Positions 11,198 to 25,455 of a stretch of 64,000 bases of DNA are shown here, piece by piece. Every line of letters begins with the position of its first letter. Position 1 is the stretch's first letter. A program made the position numbers and the translations under genes. The notes under the pieces are model-generated. The model saw only the letters and a list, made by a program, of their open reading frames with translations. It was not told the origin of the DNA and searched no databases. The DNA comes from Basidiobolus meristosporus CBS 931.73 (taxonomy: Eukaryota; Fungi; Basidiobolomycota). Location of the stretch: contig MCFE01000237.1 in assembly GCA_002104905.1 (NCBI GenBank), positions 1-64,000 on the forward strand. The letters run 5' to 3'.

Positions 11198-13463
11198 CTA
11201 AGCCCAAATATCTTCCTGGTATCTACCCTCAGCCCGAAGATGTTTAACATAGTTATTTGCTTGTTCTGTGTCCAAATTTCCCATCTCACCTGCAATTTCG
11301 ATCAACACGCTCTGAATATCTTTTGCCATCCTCTTAGCGTCACCGCATACATATAGATAACCTCCTTCGTCACATAACACCTTCCATATTTTCTGGCGGT
11401 TTTCCTTGAGCTTATGCTGGACGTAAATTTTATCCTCCTGCTCGCGGGAGAACGCAGTGATCATCTCACTATCAGGCAGCCTCTGGAACATTGATTCCCA
11501 TTCCTCGCCATAAAGAAAGTCCTCTTCTCTACGCCTGCACCCGAAAAATAGCATTGTGGGGCCGACTATCCCGCCTTGCTCAACCTGGTAAACTCTTTCT
11601 TGCACAAAAGCGCGAAACGGCGCCACTCCTGTCCCCGGGCCAACCAAAACGACTGGGCTCTGGGGATTTTTTGGGAGACGGAAACTGCTTTTACGAATAA
11701 AGCAAGGTACCTTGATGTTGGGCTGGGTATTGTCACTCATGATCTCCCCCGTTTTTGGGTCGTGAACGCCATGGATGTAATACTTTGGAGTCGGCCGACC
11801 TCCCTCTATGCTTACTCCATTCATGTAGTTATGTATCGAGCCTAAGTAGTTTGTTGTCACCCCGTATCTAATGTTATCGGCAGGATTGGGCGCAGCAACC
11901 GTGTATTGCAGAACCGCGGCAGTTACATGCACAGCGCTAGGATACGTCGAACTAGATGAGGAGATACTGTAGTATCTAGGCTGTAACTTACCAAGGCCTT
12001 CAACTAGTAAAGAAAATGGAACCTTGAGACGTTCGTGCTCTGGGATATCTCTTTGTATATCCTCGAGAAGTTCCAGTATCCTGCTGATGCTGCTGCAAGG
12101 TTGTTGGATTTCCAAGTCATAGAACTCACTATTTTCTGCTAATCGTTTGAGGTATGTCTTCGCTGGTTCATTATGCGCTATAGAGGAGAGATCAGAGAGA
12201 AGTTGTCGTGAGGGCGGAGTGCAAATATCAAGATGGTGACGTAAAATAGACTTGTATGTAGTTGGGCTTGGGAAGGGACATTTCTTAGTGGAGTTTGTAT
12301 CCGCAATTTCAATTGATACCACTCGGTCAAGCTGACCATTCTGGAATCCTAGGGCTTCTGCCAAGCGAGTAACCTCGAGGTCAGAATTAACCGGGAAGAT
12401 TCCTAAATGATCGCCAGTTTCGTAGGCCATGTTGGTTTCCCCAATATCAAATTCAACATGAACACATGACCGGTCGGTTGAGTTGTAAAGTTGCCGTGTT
12501 GATGTGATTGAGGTGAAATGGGGATTTTTCGCAGAGATGGGTTTCTCCACTTCTCCATGCTCAACGAGGCCCCCATAGTGCACAGTCTCCGGGGTATTGG
12601 TCTCTTCATACTCCGTGATAGTATAGGTGGGGGATACAGGTGCATCTTCTTCGTTTATCTGGTCTAACATCATGGTAGCATGTACTGCTGACCACATGGC
12701 ATCTTTCCATGCAAGGAAATCTTCTTCTATAGAGTGGTCGTCATCCCCTTCCCCCCGTTCACCTATCCTATGGGCACCAAGCTTCAGAAGTCTGGCATCA
12801 AGTGTGCGAGCAGCATGATTGTAGAATTCATAGGTCGAATTTCCAAGGCCAAATATTACATAATTGAGATTTTTTAGGGGTGTGTTACCGCCATCTGGGT
12901 CAGCTCCACAGGAAAATGGCGGTTCCTCCTGGTTTATGAAGTCAAAGAATTTACTGGCATTATCACTTGGTTCACCCTCACCATATGTCGCGACGGTAAA
13001 GAACGCAATCTTGTTGGATGGTAACTGATCCAAGACGGTAAAATCATAGTCATCGAAGTCTGCGATCATGCAGCGAAGGCCATATCGCTTCTCACCCTCT
13101 TTCATCAAGCGATTAGCAAAATCCTCGGCAGTACCGGTTTGGGATCCAAAAAAAAAAATGGCATTTTTATCCTACACAACGAATTACAGTTAATAAATAC
13201 ATCAGCTGAAAAGCGGACAACAGTTCACCCACCAGCTCGCTCATAATTTTAGCGAAATTTTCAGGATGTTTGCGTGTACTGGAGACAATGTTTGCTTTAG
13301 GCATATCGCTTAAAGTTATCATAGGCTTAGAGGCCTTCAAGTCAAACATGGTGTTGCGGAAGATATAGAGGATCGAAGCCGCCAATGTGACCAAGAGGGC
13401 AACCGTATCAAGGGTCAAATATGTTGAGGGTGAGAATGTAAAGGGTGATGTAGCGTTCGTCAT
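11198..13463 (-). CDS. CPR: NADPH-cytochrome P450 reductase, one intron
   Basis: N-terminal membrane anchor. FMN loops FFFGSQTGTAEDFA and ATYGEGEP, FGLGNSTYEFYN, FAD motif RYYSISSS, GPGTGVAPFRAF, YVCGDAKRMAKD and terminal QEDIWA are all present. Confidence 0.97.
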
Positions 13464-15215
13464 ATTTGTAGTGAGTGGTAACCTGAAATGCGTTGGCGGG
13501 TGGAAAAGTTTTAGAATTGATTTCTAGAGTTGTTATTTTTGGCAAGGTTATAAAATGTATACAAGGTGTAATGTGTGACTGTTATTAATGTTTAGCTAGA
13601 AATTCCCTTCCTAGATGGCGTATATATAGGGAAGTGGGAATGCGGTCGGTGTAAGCCAATTAGATAGCTAACAAAAGAATTAATATCATGCATCCAACGG
13701 TTCGATCCTAGGGGGAGTAGCAGTGATCCAACAGTGGTTCTGTTTAACGAAGAGTAAAATTTTGATTCAGCCAAGGTTTGAAGGCTCTTCCGGTGAATTC
13801 CGAAGCATTTCTGCTGAATCGCCTTGAAATAACGAGCTACAGGAAATACGGAAATAAAAACAGTGTTGACTCAAGCCTAATTTAACGCAACATGCTGAAT
13901 GAGCTTGCATAATGTATAGCGAGATTGTCGACACAGATAATCAGGAGAAGCTGAGCAACCAAATAGCAATCACATGGCATATGATTGCTATCATCCATAT
14001 TCGCATTATGACACAATTGTGTTGATTTTTTGGCCACTGTGAGTAAGCTGGCTTAGCAATTCTAAATCGCAGCAAAGCAAAAATAAACCACAACTACGGA
14101 TGCAGGGATTATTCGTAGTAGACGCTTTGCATCGACCACTGATTCATTCCTAAGAATAGCGATACTATTTTTGTGATCACAAGAATCGTAAGGCTGAGAA
14201 CGGGAACGTGCATAAATTCATCCGCATCCAATTCCATTTAGCCGCTCATCGGGAATCAGCAAACAATTGAGGAGTGTAGAATGCTAATTCAGCCGATACG
14301 CGGCCAAAGCAGTTGCGTTCTACATGAAGTTGTATGAAACGGTTATCCCAAAGCTACATGTAACTCTAGGTTCTTACGGACCCAGAGTAAATTATAACTA
14401 TTATTGTTGTGATTGAGACTGTAAGAACCTAGTTTACGCAAGTCAATCGATACTTCATGAGTCAGACAAAGAGTGGTTTTTTAGTCAGTGTACAGGATTC
14501 AATCGTATGAAAGATATATCTTTACATCATCCTCTCCAATCCATCAAATAATCAATTCAAATGAGTTTGAAACTGTCGATCTGCTCCGAGCCACAGCATT
14601 GGATTCACTGAGTGTGGAGAATTCCGTATCTTGGACTACTTCATCCAGAAATGCTTAGCAACGGATGATAGCCTAATCCATTAGATTCATGCTTATTTCT
14701 TGGTCAACCAATAGGCCTAGCCCGACGATCACATGTCTAACGGATGACACCAGCGTTTCATATCTCACCAATGCTCGATCCCCATTGCTACATGATTCTA
14801 TTAACTGCTAGTCATTGCCCTGAGCAGTGAAACGAATCACACCTTGAGAAAGGATGTCATGATGGAACGAAATCCACACTTCTAGCTCTAACTGGCTCGA
14901 AGCTTCGATCAGCTTGTAATGAAACAATTATTAAAAAAAGGAAAGATTGTATTGGAGTGGGTGATGGTATTTACAGATGAAGGTTACCTTATATCTAGTA
15001 GCAATCTCCATTGAGCATATATTCAATCAAATTCATATCCGAGTAATCTTTCAAACTAACTTCCATTCAAGAAAACACTATCAGACACTTTGATTCATAC
15101 ACAAGTAACCTTTTCCTCTTTTCCCTTTCGGCACCGTTTCTAGCCAACCCTTTCAATAGCTTCAGAGCCTACACGCCTATAATTCTTTTGCTCACTGTAG
15201 GGGTATATTGCTTCG

Positions 15216-17758
15216 ATGACCACTCTAGCTCGTGAGTCAGCCTTAATTGCCGAGAGCTCAGTTCCAGTATCGGAAGAGCAAATCTGCATACCTTATCTAG
15301 CGTCCTTCCAAGAAAAAGTAAACAAACCCCAACCGAGCCTATCTTCCCCTGTTAATGTGTGGCAGGTAAGAAAACTTTCGGCGAAAAAACAAGAAGGAAG
15401 CTTCCAAATGGACAACAATACTGGTATGGGAATGCTTGAAGACTTAGACTATGCGAAGAAATTGATTGTGCACTTTTTGAGACACCATTTTATTGCACTG
15501 TAGAATGGCCTGAGCCCGGAGCCTCACTTAAAACGATTCCTGAAAGAAAGACTGAAGCCTCCAAAAACTCCACAGCCAATAGAGGTGAGTATCTATTAAA
15601 CGAGTTATAGCACACATCCTTGTGAATAATACTGGTCGACATGATAATCCAGAATCTAGCAAGTGGGTCCCCGTCGCTGCTCAAATCCGTCATAGACCTA
15701 TTACCACTAACCCAAAGAAGAGTCCTACTGAAGCCAAACTGCACTCTAACAATGCCTCCGATACTTATTCGCGGCGCGATAGCAATTCACATGGCTACCG
15801 TCAGAGAAAGCAGTCACATTCCGATTATAATGGCACTGAGAATCCAATTTCTAGCCAAAGAAGTAAGTAGGCTGTGTATATTACACCTCCAAAGATTTAA
15901 TCATTGATGGATGTGTTCTGTCTTAGGCGTGTCTTATTCACACACTAGAGCATACACCTCTGCTCGTCGTCCTAGCACCCAGCATAAAGACCAACATCCT
16001 AAGAAAAAGGCTGACGCCGAATCCTTAATGACCAATCTTAAAAAGCAGGTCGAGTATTATTTCAGCATTGAAAACTTATGTCGCGACGTATATTTCCGAA
16101 GCAACATGGATTCGAAAGGCTTCGTTCCAATCTCATTACTACTTGGATTCAATAGAGTTAAAGCTCTTACTCAGGATGAACAGCAAGTTCGCGATGCCCT
16201 TGCTTCCAGTGATATCGTTCATGTTGATGATACAAAGATTAGAAAGAAGGGTGACTGGGCCAGATGGTTGCTTTCAGTTCCACAAGAAAGAAAGCCAACT
16301 CCACCCGGATCGGAAGATACAAAGACTGCTGAAGTAAACATGAAAGAGAAACCCTCCATGCCACAACACACCAGAAAACCTCAGACAAAGGATAGCGATT
16401 CTTCTAAGCCACCCATCCCTCTACAATCCCGGCCAAATACGCGCCGCTCACTAGAATCGCCTGTGCTCAAGCCGAGAAAATACAGCAACCAAGAGGAAGA
16501 TGATCTTTTCCAGTTTGATGAGGACTTCGAATCTCAAGATACTCGTGCTGGTAATAGGGTTCAAAAATACTACGACAGCACTGATGAGTCTGATCTTGAA
16601 GATGACATGGAGGAGATTGATGAAGAAACTGTAGCCCGGATCTTAATCCTTACCCAAAAGCGTCACGATCGAACTAGCGAGAAGTTTAATAGAAAAGCGA
16701 TGGACGAGGAAATTAACGATATGATTAATGAGGGGCTTTACCATTACGAGCATACACTTGGAAGAAAAGAGCCTAATGAGCGGTCGGCCTCGAACATCAA
16801 AGTAGGCATCGTTCCCCAAGACCAGTTCAATAGCCTCCAAAAATCTGCGCATTCGGACGACGACGGCATGACGGCAGGGTTATCCACTGGCCTTTCCAGC
16901 AAGACGATCATTGCTCAAGATGGAGGAAGTAAAAAGAAGAAGAGGCGGGCTCCCAAATTCTATCCTATCAATGGCCAGAGAACCCCTAACGGTAGCCTTA
17001 GTGGGAGCTATAGTGCCAGCTTTGGCAGTTCCAAAAAAGGTAGCAAAAATACTAGGCAACATCACTCTCAAGCAGCGGTGGGCTGGGTGCTCGGAAACCA
17101 ACCATACCATCCGGGAGAAGCCACACCGCCTAATTCTCTCCCGTACTCAATATCCCCCCGAGTTCATACAGACGGAGTCTATTCTTCTTCTCTGGGGCAA
17201 TCGCTACCCAAATTCCAGCACCCAAGTCATGATCTCCTGAGGGACAATGGATTTATGCAGCATAAATATTACAAGTATCGTGCCAAGGCACTCAAAGAGC
17301 GGAGGTCATTGGGGAATGGCCACTCCCAAGAAATGAATACTCTCTTCCGCTTCTGGTCACATTTCCTACGTGATCACTTCAATCGTCAAATGTACAATGA
17401 ATTCAAGCGTTTAGCAGTCGAGGATGCTGAAGTGAACTACCGTTATGGCCTAGAATGTCTCTTCCGCTTCTTCTCCTACGGACTCGAAAAGAAATTCCGC
17501 CAAGATATATTTGATGAGTTTCAAGAGCTGACCCTTGCTGACTACGAGAACGGATATCTGTACGGGCTTGAGAAATTCTGGGCCTACTTGTACTTTAGGA
17601 AAGACAAGGAGTCCAATTCTATAAAGGTTGACGCACCGCTAGCCAAGATACTGACAGGCTTCAAATCACTTCAAGACTTTCGATGTGCGCAACAGGAAAG
17701 AAAGCATATACAGCAAAAGAGTCAGGAAAAAATGGGCGCATCACCGGTCGCCAAATAG
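15216..17758 (+). CDS. LARP1: La-related protein 1 (La motif plus C-terminal DM15 repeats), spliced
   Basis: KWVP motif. La motif [46 protein letters not shown]15 region [22 protein letters not shown]...[19 protein letters not shown]...[10 protein letters not shown]. Confidence 0.95.
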
Positions 17759-18178
17759 GTTGCTATGGGCCTGCTGCGAAAATGTGTATTCTACCTTGCT
17801 CGTAAACTTAGTAATATGTCTCGTCCAATCAATACATACACACATATTTATCAGTAAATAAGTGATCGGTTATGGGTTTTTAATAGTTTAATTCGTTGAC
17901 TGGCTTATCACACGTCCCTACAGCACCTTTGTGATAGATAGTTAAGGCTTGTATGATAAACATCGTATCAATAGTGCAGCACATCAACGACAAAGGTATA
18001 TTGAACCTAAACGAAGCAGTCATTTTAGGCAGGGAGAATATGCCTGAAGCCAGGAGGAGATATTGAACACGGCAGACAAGTGTCCACATAAGAGGCGAGA
18101 CTGGGATCCCTGAGCTCGCTGGATAACGGGGCGCTTGATAGTCACATAGATAAATAAAATGTCTGCTTGCAAGATACA

Positions 18179-19804
18179 TCACACTTCTATTTCCATCCCA
18201 TCCTGGTCGAGATCATGCTCATCATCATAAAAATCATTATCCACCTCAATGTAACTATCGTATCTCCGATCGACGTCTCGATCCTCGTCAGCATCTTCCT
18301 TACTGCCATCATCCAGAAACCCCTGGATATCCGGGGGTATCTCTTGCATTTGCACGCTAGGCGCGCCGTTGAGATATCGCAAATGCTCAAACACCCGGGT
18401 CCGTAGTTGCTCCAGATAGGATCTCGTGTTCAGGTTTTCAACTCTCCCAGAAAGCTTGGGATGCAGTTTGTAATCAGGGGCGAAAAAGTCGTAATATACA
18501 TTTGGCGGCAAATCGTTGCTCAAGTCGGTGTCGACGATGATCGACGTCTCATAGGTCCAGCAGCGAGCCACATTTCGGACGGTGTAGCCGCCGCCACCAA
18601 CCACTAGCGTCGGGATCGCAAAGCTCTTGATGAACCTCACACACTCGCCATGTGCTGCGATGCTAAGATTAAAGCACCCCAGCCGATCGCAGCCCAGAGA
18701 ATCCGCACCGCACTGCAGGACTATGGCTGATGGTCGGAACGAGTTGATGACTTTCTCCATGATGGACTTGAACAGCCATGTGTAAGACTGATCATCTATG
18801 CCATCCTTTAAAGGCACATTCAGCGCAAAATGCTTGCCCAAATCTGTTCCAGTTTCATCGATATGTCCGGTGCCTGGAAAGAAATCTCCATTATATTTGT
18901 GAAAGGAAACGGTCATCACTCGGTCGGTGGTGTAGAATGCCTCCTGCACACCATCTCCATGGTGAATGTCAATGTCAATGTATAACACACGGGGGTGGTA
19001 GCTAAATTCAAGAGAAAAGATTCAGCGAGCGCTCAAATGATCCAATGGGGAGCGAAGTCATCAGCAATCTAACCGAAGCAATTGGAGGATGGCCAGAACA
19101 ATATCATTGACATAGCAGAAGCCGGACGCCTCGAACTTCTTGGCATGATGCAGGCCGCCAGACCAGTTTACTGCTATATCACATCCATCTGAAAGAAGCT
19201 TTCTAGCCGCCTCAATCGAAGCACCCGTGTATATCTGGCAAAAGTCATACATTCCCTCAAAGATAGGGCAGTCGTCGCCGATATTAAATCGCGCAAAATA
19301 CTGGCTAAAGGAATCAGCATTTTCTGGGGTGATGCTATGGGCAGGTGGGAGAGCAGCGGTTAGAGGAATGCTTGTAAGAGAGGCTTAGCTGGATGGACGT
19401 ACCGTTTGAGAAAATCAATATAGTCGGACGAGTGGAAGTCTAGTAACTCCTGTTCCGTGGCCTTTCTAGGTCTGTACATATCAAGTTTCCTGTGTAAGCC
19501 GTAGTTTAATATCAAATGATTCGTTAACGTCAATCTGTGGGGCTTCATGGGATGATGTTCCTAAAACATAAAGTGTACATCTCCAAATTAAACCCTCTTC
19601 AACTCTACAAGCTCTACTTCATCGAGCCAAGCTGGAAAAGAAGTGTTATCTGCCACTTACACCGTAATGAAAGTTTCCCACTTCCTCCTCGTGGAAATAT
19701 GCCACCCTAACTTTGTTGTGTGAGCGCACTGGAGAGTCCTGATTACTGGAGCTGATTCCTGGGTAGCCTTTGACCGTTGTTGTAAATGTGGAAGACTGGG
19801 ACAT
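18179..19804 (-). CDS. HOS2: Class I histone deacetylase, Hos2/HDAC3-type, spliced
   Basis: [31 protein letters not shown]; [11 protein letters not shown]; [22 protein letters not shown]; [17 protein letters not shown]; [17 protein letters not shown]; GGGGYT. Confidence 0.95.
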
Positions 19805-20267
19805 GATTCTCTATCCCACTCAAGAAGGTTTATTTGTGCGTTGGAGCGTACTTTGTACTGCTGGCTTTTGCGTTCAAGGTAGGAGTTAAAGTTGGTCTTA
19901 CCATTGCATTCAAATATGGCATAGTGATTCTCAACCATACCATAAATATAACTATTGCAGTCTTGAATACCAATAGCCTGAGATTCAAATATCGCAAATC
20001 TAGGTTAAATATCGATCATTCCGACATCATTTATTTTTGGCCAATTACTATTTTCAGATTAGCTGGCAGTGTACTTCAGGAGGTCTCCATAAATAGAATG
20101 GTCATAAGAGCAACTCGATCACTTGTGCTAGTAGCAAGCATTGACTGTAAACATTGGCTATGGTTCGAACACGAATTTCATCACTAGACACTGGGGTGAG
20201 TGGGCTTGATGAAGGAATGGTGTAATTATACGGGTTCTGGGTGGCAGCATTTTATGGAAGTTGCTGC

Positions 20268-22945
20268 TTATGCCTTCGAATCAAACCTTTTCAAGGTCGC
20301 CTCATGATCTTGTTTGACTGCAGTCTCAAGACGGCTTAGGACATTTTTCGTGTGGAGCTTCATATGGTCCAAGTGGTCACGTACTCTAGAGATTTCTTGT
20401 GTGATCTGATCCACTTGTCGATACTGCTGTAGCTGTAGCTGATCATACCTATAGACAGGGTCAACAAATTGCCATGGAAGCTAGTGATGAACCACCTACT
20501 CTATCTGTGTTAGTTGCACCCGCTGCTGGGCTTCGAACTCAGCTGCCGACAAATCAACCCTTAGATCAGATAACTTGCGTTGTAAATCTTCAAGCTCTTC
20601 ATTGATATTCTGCTTCTGTTGAGTGGCAATCTGGGGGAAATATCTTAGCATGCTGCTTTGACGGGGCAACACCATAGGGTACGATCAGATATGTCACCTC
20701 CTTTTCTTTATGGTAGTTGCCAGTTAGAGTTTCTAGGTTTTTGGTCAGCTCCATCACCAATTCCTCTTTGTCGTTGATTGCTTCATTCGTTTCTTCAAGC
20801 TGTTGCCTCAGCAGTATAGTTTCTTCCTCGAGCTCATGCCGATGCTTGATCACTTCCGCTCGTAGTGCGGCTAGTCCAGGCTATAATATTCTGAGTACAA
20901 ACGCTCGCGGATCAAAGGCCAGACATTGGAATGTACCTTGATTACATTCTTTGGGCTAGGATCCACACTCAGCTCCGGATCCTTTACTATGCGTAACTCT
21001 AAATCAGTACCCTTCGCGCGAGGTGCACTGCTAGGAGCTAGTCCGATTTTGAACAGATGTGTGTTGTACCGAGACAAAAGCTCTTCCACCTGTGGATCGG
21101 ATTATTACGGGCCATATCGTACTCACATCTGGACAGAGTGGTATTACCTTCATCACTGCCGTGCCGAATTGATCCTCTAAATCATAGGAGATCTTGTTAA
21201 GTTCAACCAAGCGATTCTGCGAGGTTTCCAGCGCGCGGATTGAGTGAGCCTTATCTCTCTCCATCTTCTCAATTTCTTCTTTGCTATATGTTTGCGAAGC
21301 CACTTTATCGCCCAGCTCAGCTTTCTCTTGTTCAAGTCGTTCCAGCTGCTTCTCTAATGACAAAGCTCACTATCTAAACGTTGGCACGTATAGAGAACCA
21401 ACTTGGAATACCTTGACTCTCAAGCTCTTCTGTGAGATGTTCATGGACCTCTTGGTATTTAAGCTTTTTTGCCTCCAAATGGCGTATGTAGTCCTCGAAG
21501 TTTCTATGATCGAGACGAAGTTGATCATATACCCGCTGTGCACTCGAGAGTGGAGACTGGGAAACAGAAATAGCTCTTTAGATAAAAAATCGAGAAAGCA
21601 TGGTAATTCACGGGACACCGTACATCCAACTCCATCAACCGATCGTACTCCTCTTGCATTTCCTGAATCTCCTTCTCTATAAGCTTGACATGCTTAACTA
21701 GGCCTTGGTTCTTTTTGTCTACCAATCCGTAGGTAGGTTTAGATTTTAGCGCCGAACAACGATTTGCGTAAGGGACGATGTAGATGCTTACCAAACCATT
21801 TTTCCAACGCTTTCTCCTGGTCCTCAAACCTATCATCTCCGTTTAGGTACGCGAGATACGACTTTGCTAGATGCTTGAAAATCATCTCATCCCCAGTCTC
21901 CTCCGCTTTACGAGGGTGGAGTGGCGAGCTGATGAATGGGTCATCCAGATAGTCATTGCCTGGCTCGAGCTTTTCCACACACTGATTGCATGGGTTATGC
22001 AAGCTCAGTATTGCTACGTAGTTGCAGAATATGCCCATAGCTTACCTGCACGAGCTCCATTAGCCACACGAGCACGCCGAGAAGCGTCGGCCATGTATGC
22101 ATACTTCCAACGGCGTAGAGTTGGACTTTGGTGATTTGATCAGCCAGCGGATAGCTTTATGGAATGAAACGCATCAGTCAAGTGCACCGCGATCTTCGGG
22201 CAACTCTACAGAGACCAGCCTACCGCAGCTCCTTCAGCAGTAGAGGGCATTCCTCTTCGAATCTTTTTCGGAACACGTATTTAGGATCCAAGAGCTGGTA
22301 CAAAAATTTGAATGCTGATTGAAAATCCTTGGTTGTCGGCGATTGAAAGGTTTTTGCAGAAATCGAAGAAGGATATCCGTTATGTGCTAGAAAATTCACC
22401 AGTTTTCGGGTCTTGGAGGCTTGCCAATCTTTTTCTCGTATGGGCCGTGGATCTTTATGAAATACTGAGACTGGTCCAAAAGGTTGGTTACGGTAAGCAC
22501 GCCTGATAGTAACGTTCTTTTAGTGGAGTGGTGTTTGTTCAGAACCTGAGAAAGAACCTTACTTGGGCGAAGCCGTAGAACTACTGATGCTGGTTCGCCT
22601 TGACAATTCCACAGTCTGTCCATCAACCCTTAAGCCGGTTAGCCCAAGCCCTGAAACTGCAAGTAGACAAATGAGCGAATCAGGTCCAAAAATTTAGAAA
22701 GTTGGATGAGCACCTTGGTTAGAAGCCCTAGAGGAAGCTCTAGAGGAAAAGTTTGAGGCCAAGCTGTCCTCGCAGCTGACTCGACGCTCAAGCGGCGGGG
22801 TTTCAATCTGGAACTGAAAAGCCGTTTGGGAAGGACTTGATAAACCTGGTTGGGATACGATGGATAGACTTGATGTTGGTCGTGATACAGGTGTTGGGGG
22901 AGGTAGGCTGGATTCTGAACGTGTACGTGGCCGCTGTCTTCTCAT
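20268..22945 (-). CDS. NDC80: Kinetochore protein Ndc80/Hec1, multi-exon
   Basis: Basic Ser/Arg-rich N-terminal tail, a CH-domain region encoded at ~22.0-22.6 kb, and long coiled-coil exons (e.g. SLEKQLERLEQEKAEL, MIKHRHELEEETILL). The stop is at 20268-20270. Confidence 0.85.
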
Positions 22946-23275
22946 GGCAATGTACGAACTGGTAATGAGTATTTAAGTCGTTGTCTTTTGGTAAACAGCC
23001 ACCTACAATTCGCCTTGCTTATGATTAGCCATTTAAGCTCCTGAACTCGAGATAATTATTGGAATAGCTCGATTCATTCATTAAACACCATATATTTAAT
23101 CATGGATTCGAATTCTTAGGCAACTCCACCCGATTGATCAACTGGGTTCCGAATGGGTAAAAGCATGACACAATCAACATCAAGAATGGTCATTTCGGGA
23201 GCCGTTAAATCCGAATACTATAAACTCGAAATAAGCAATGAGCCTCGCAGCTGTCAGTGTGACAAGAACGCAATC

Positions 23276-24455
23276 ATGAGCAATTATCTTACGGAGCAGG
23301 TGGGCGAAGTTTCCTTGGTTCAGAGCATGTTCTATAACGATGAATTTGTCTGGCTTGACCCCGTTTCCGGCGCTTGCAGCCAGGTAATTAGAGTATTCAT
23401 TAGGAGTATGTCGCGGATTGTGTTGACTGTCAGCTAGTCGGTTATAGACCAATTCTTACAAAACCCGGAGTTTGAAGCGCCTGAGGACATTCATTTTGAG
23501 TTTAAGCTGCGTGTGGACACCGACAGTGAGAGAGGAATTGCCTGGCTTTTTGTATTGTTACCAACTAGCTATCCCACGGCGTCACCGCAGATCTATATTT
23601 CCACCCTAAAGCTGAGTAGACAAACTCAGGCAAGTTTGAACGAAGCCATCGCAGATTATCTAGAAGCACATGCTGGAGGTTAGAGTGGTTATTCAATTTG
23701 AAAACAATGCTTGAGCTAAAGTATCTTGTCGTTTAGAAAGCTGTATCCACGAGATTTATGAACTAGTTCATGAAAAAGCTCTACAAATAAGTGATGAAGA
23801 GCTGGATTCTCAAAAGCGTTCGGACCATGCGATGCCGGAGGAGAGCATATCAACAGAAGAAAACCGACCCCAAATTGGTAGAGCTTTGCTATGGATGCAC
23901 CACATAAAGAACCCCAACAAACGCAAGGATATAGTAAATTGGGGAGAAGAATTGCAGCTTAATGGTGATACATTGTTGTGTAGATACTAACTATGCACAT
24001 CCAGACCAATAACACATAAGTCTTTAGGCTTCTCAAAACCTGGTTACCCCGGTATTGTAGTTGTTGAAGGACTGTACGAAAATGTCGAAGAATATATTTC
24101 CCGTTTAAAGGTTCGTATCGTGAAAGGTTTTAGCATTTTCCGTCTTGGCTGATGCCCAATTTCTTTGTATAGGCATTGAGGTGGCAAGCAATTGCCGTTC
24201 GGTATCGAGAGTCAGAATTTGTAGATGATGTGAATAAGCTGGATTGCTATCGTAGAATCCGCCACGCCGAGGGAAAGGTTGGAGTTCTTGAAGTCGAAAA
24301 TATGAGCGCAATATCTACCGTGTAAGTAGAGCCAGAAATGCGAGCATTCCCTGCTTCCACTTGCACGTAACTAATTGGCTAATTTATGTTAATCCAGAAT
24401 GCGCGAGGTTGGCTTGGAAGAGATGTTTTTATCTGCGTTGAAAATCCAGAAGTAA
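23276..24455 (+). CDS. RWD-domain / DUF1115 protein (RWDD2-like), spliced
   Basis: MSNYLTEQVGEVSLVQSMF (RWD start); LWMHHIKNPNKRKDI; FSKPGYPGIVVVEG; ALRWQAIAVR; ends MFLSALKIQK*. Confidence 0.88.
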
Positions 24456-25078
24456 ATTCATATACAGGGCCTGTCCGCGCTTGAAATGCTGAAAAGTATT
24501 AATATCCAACATGTTAAGCGTGCCATACTCGCTAAATAGATGAAATAAACATCGACTAATGTAACATGTGTGTTTGACTTCTTTATAAGCACAATGTCCC
24601 CAATCCCTATTGCTACGATATGGCTTGGGTGTGGCTTCGAATCCAACTGGTCAAGAGGCAGGTTACAAAAACCATGGCTCTAATGTTTAGAGCAGGTAAG
24701 CGCATTAGCAGCATTGGCAATCCTCAGATGTAAGGTACCCTGCTGCCAACCCTAACTTTTTGGAATGTTCATTGATCAACCAACCAATATATATACATCA
24801 ACCAAGCGTCCAGACCACACATACATTGCCTATTACAGCAACAAGTACTCCGCTGTTACTGCCAGTTCCACAATACACCCAGTGTACTGATCAACGTTAT
24901 CTATTTATCTTTCTAATACTGTTTATGAGGCTGATTAAAGATAGTCAATCAATTGATCTGTAAGCATGTAGACTCTTGTGATCAACGTTGCCTTGTAACA
25001 AATTGTGATGAAAAATTTGTAAATTCACTGAAGTACTCGAGATTGTGGATGACTTGGTTGGTTTAGTAATTGGTAAAT

Positions 25079-25455
25079 ATGCATACTTTGAGTAGACATG
25101 AAGAGGAGGCTGCCTTGACCGAGCTCAAGAAGAGCGCTCGTTCGCACTGCGATGATTTCATCAAAGGTATATTCTTTGTTTCCGGGCGAAATTGTGTAGC
25201 GACTGACATTCCCCCTCTATATAGAATTCGCAGCATGCTCTGCCGCCAAAGGTCTCACTGTTGTATTTTCCTGTCGCGGAAAACTCCAAGAGATGAATGA
25301 TTGCCTTAAGCAACAGTAAATATTCACGTGCAAATTATCCGTGCGATCTTGAGCTCATCTTTTCTTTCAGAACTACCACGGAAAAGTTGGATGCGATCCG
25401 ACTACGTAAACTCAAGAAAAAGATCGACCGCGAGGCGTCTAAGGCCTCAGAGTAA
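25079..25455 (+). CDS. CMC1: Twin Cx9C mitochondrial COX assembly protein (Cmc1 family), three exons
   Basis: MHTLSRHEEEAALTELKKSARSH-C-DDFIKEFAA-C-SAAKGLTVVFS-C-RGKLQEMND-C, i.e. two Cx9C motifs. Confidence 0.85.

Noticed and set aside
13695-13715. GGTTCGATCC as a tRNA T-loop
   Set aside because: The flanks do not form a T-stem, and no D-arm or acceptor stem can be built.
24745-24762. CCAACCCTAAC followed by TTTTT as a telomerase RNA template
   Set aside because: It has one mismatch to the repeat, is followed immediately by a T-run, and I saw no pseudoknot-like pairing. It is compatible with chance.
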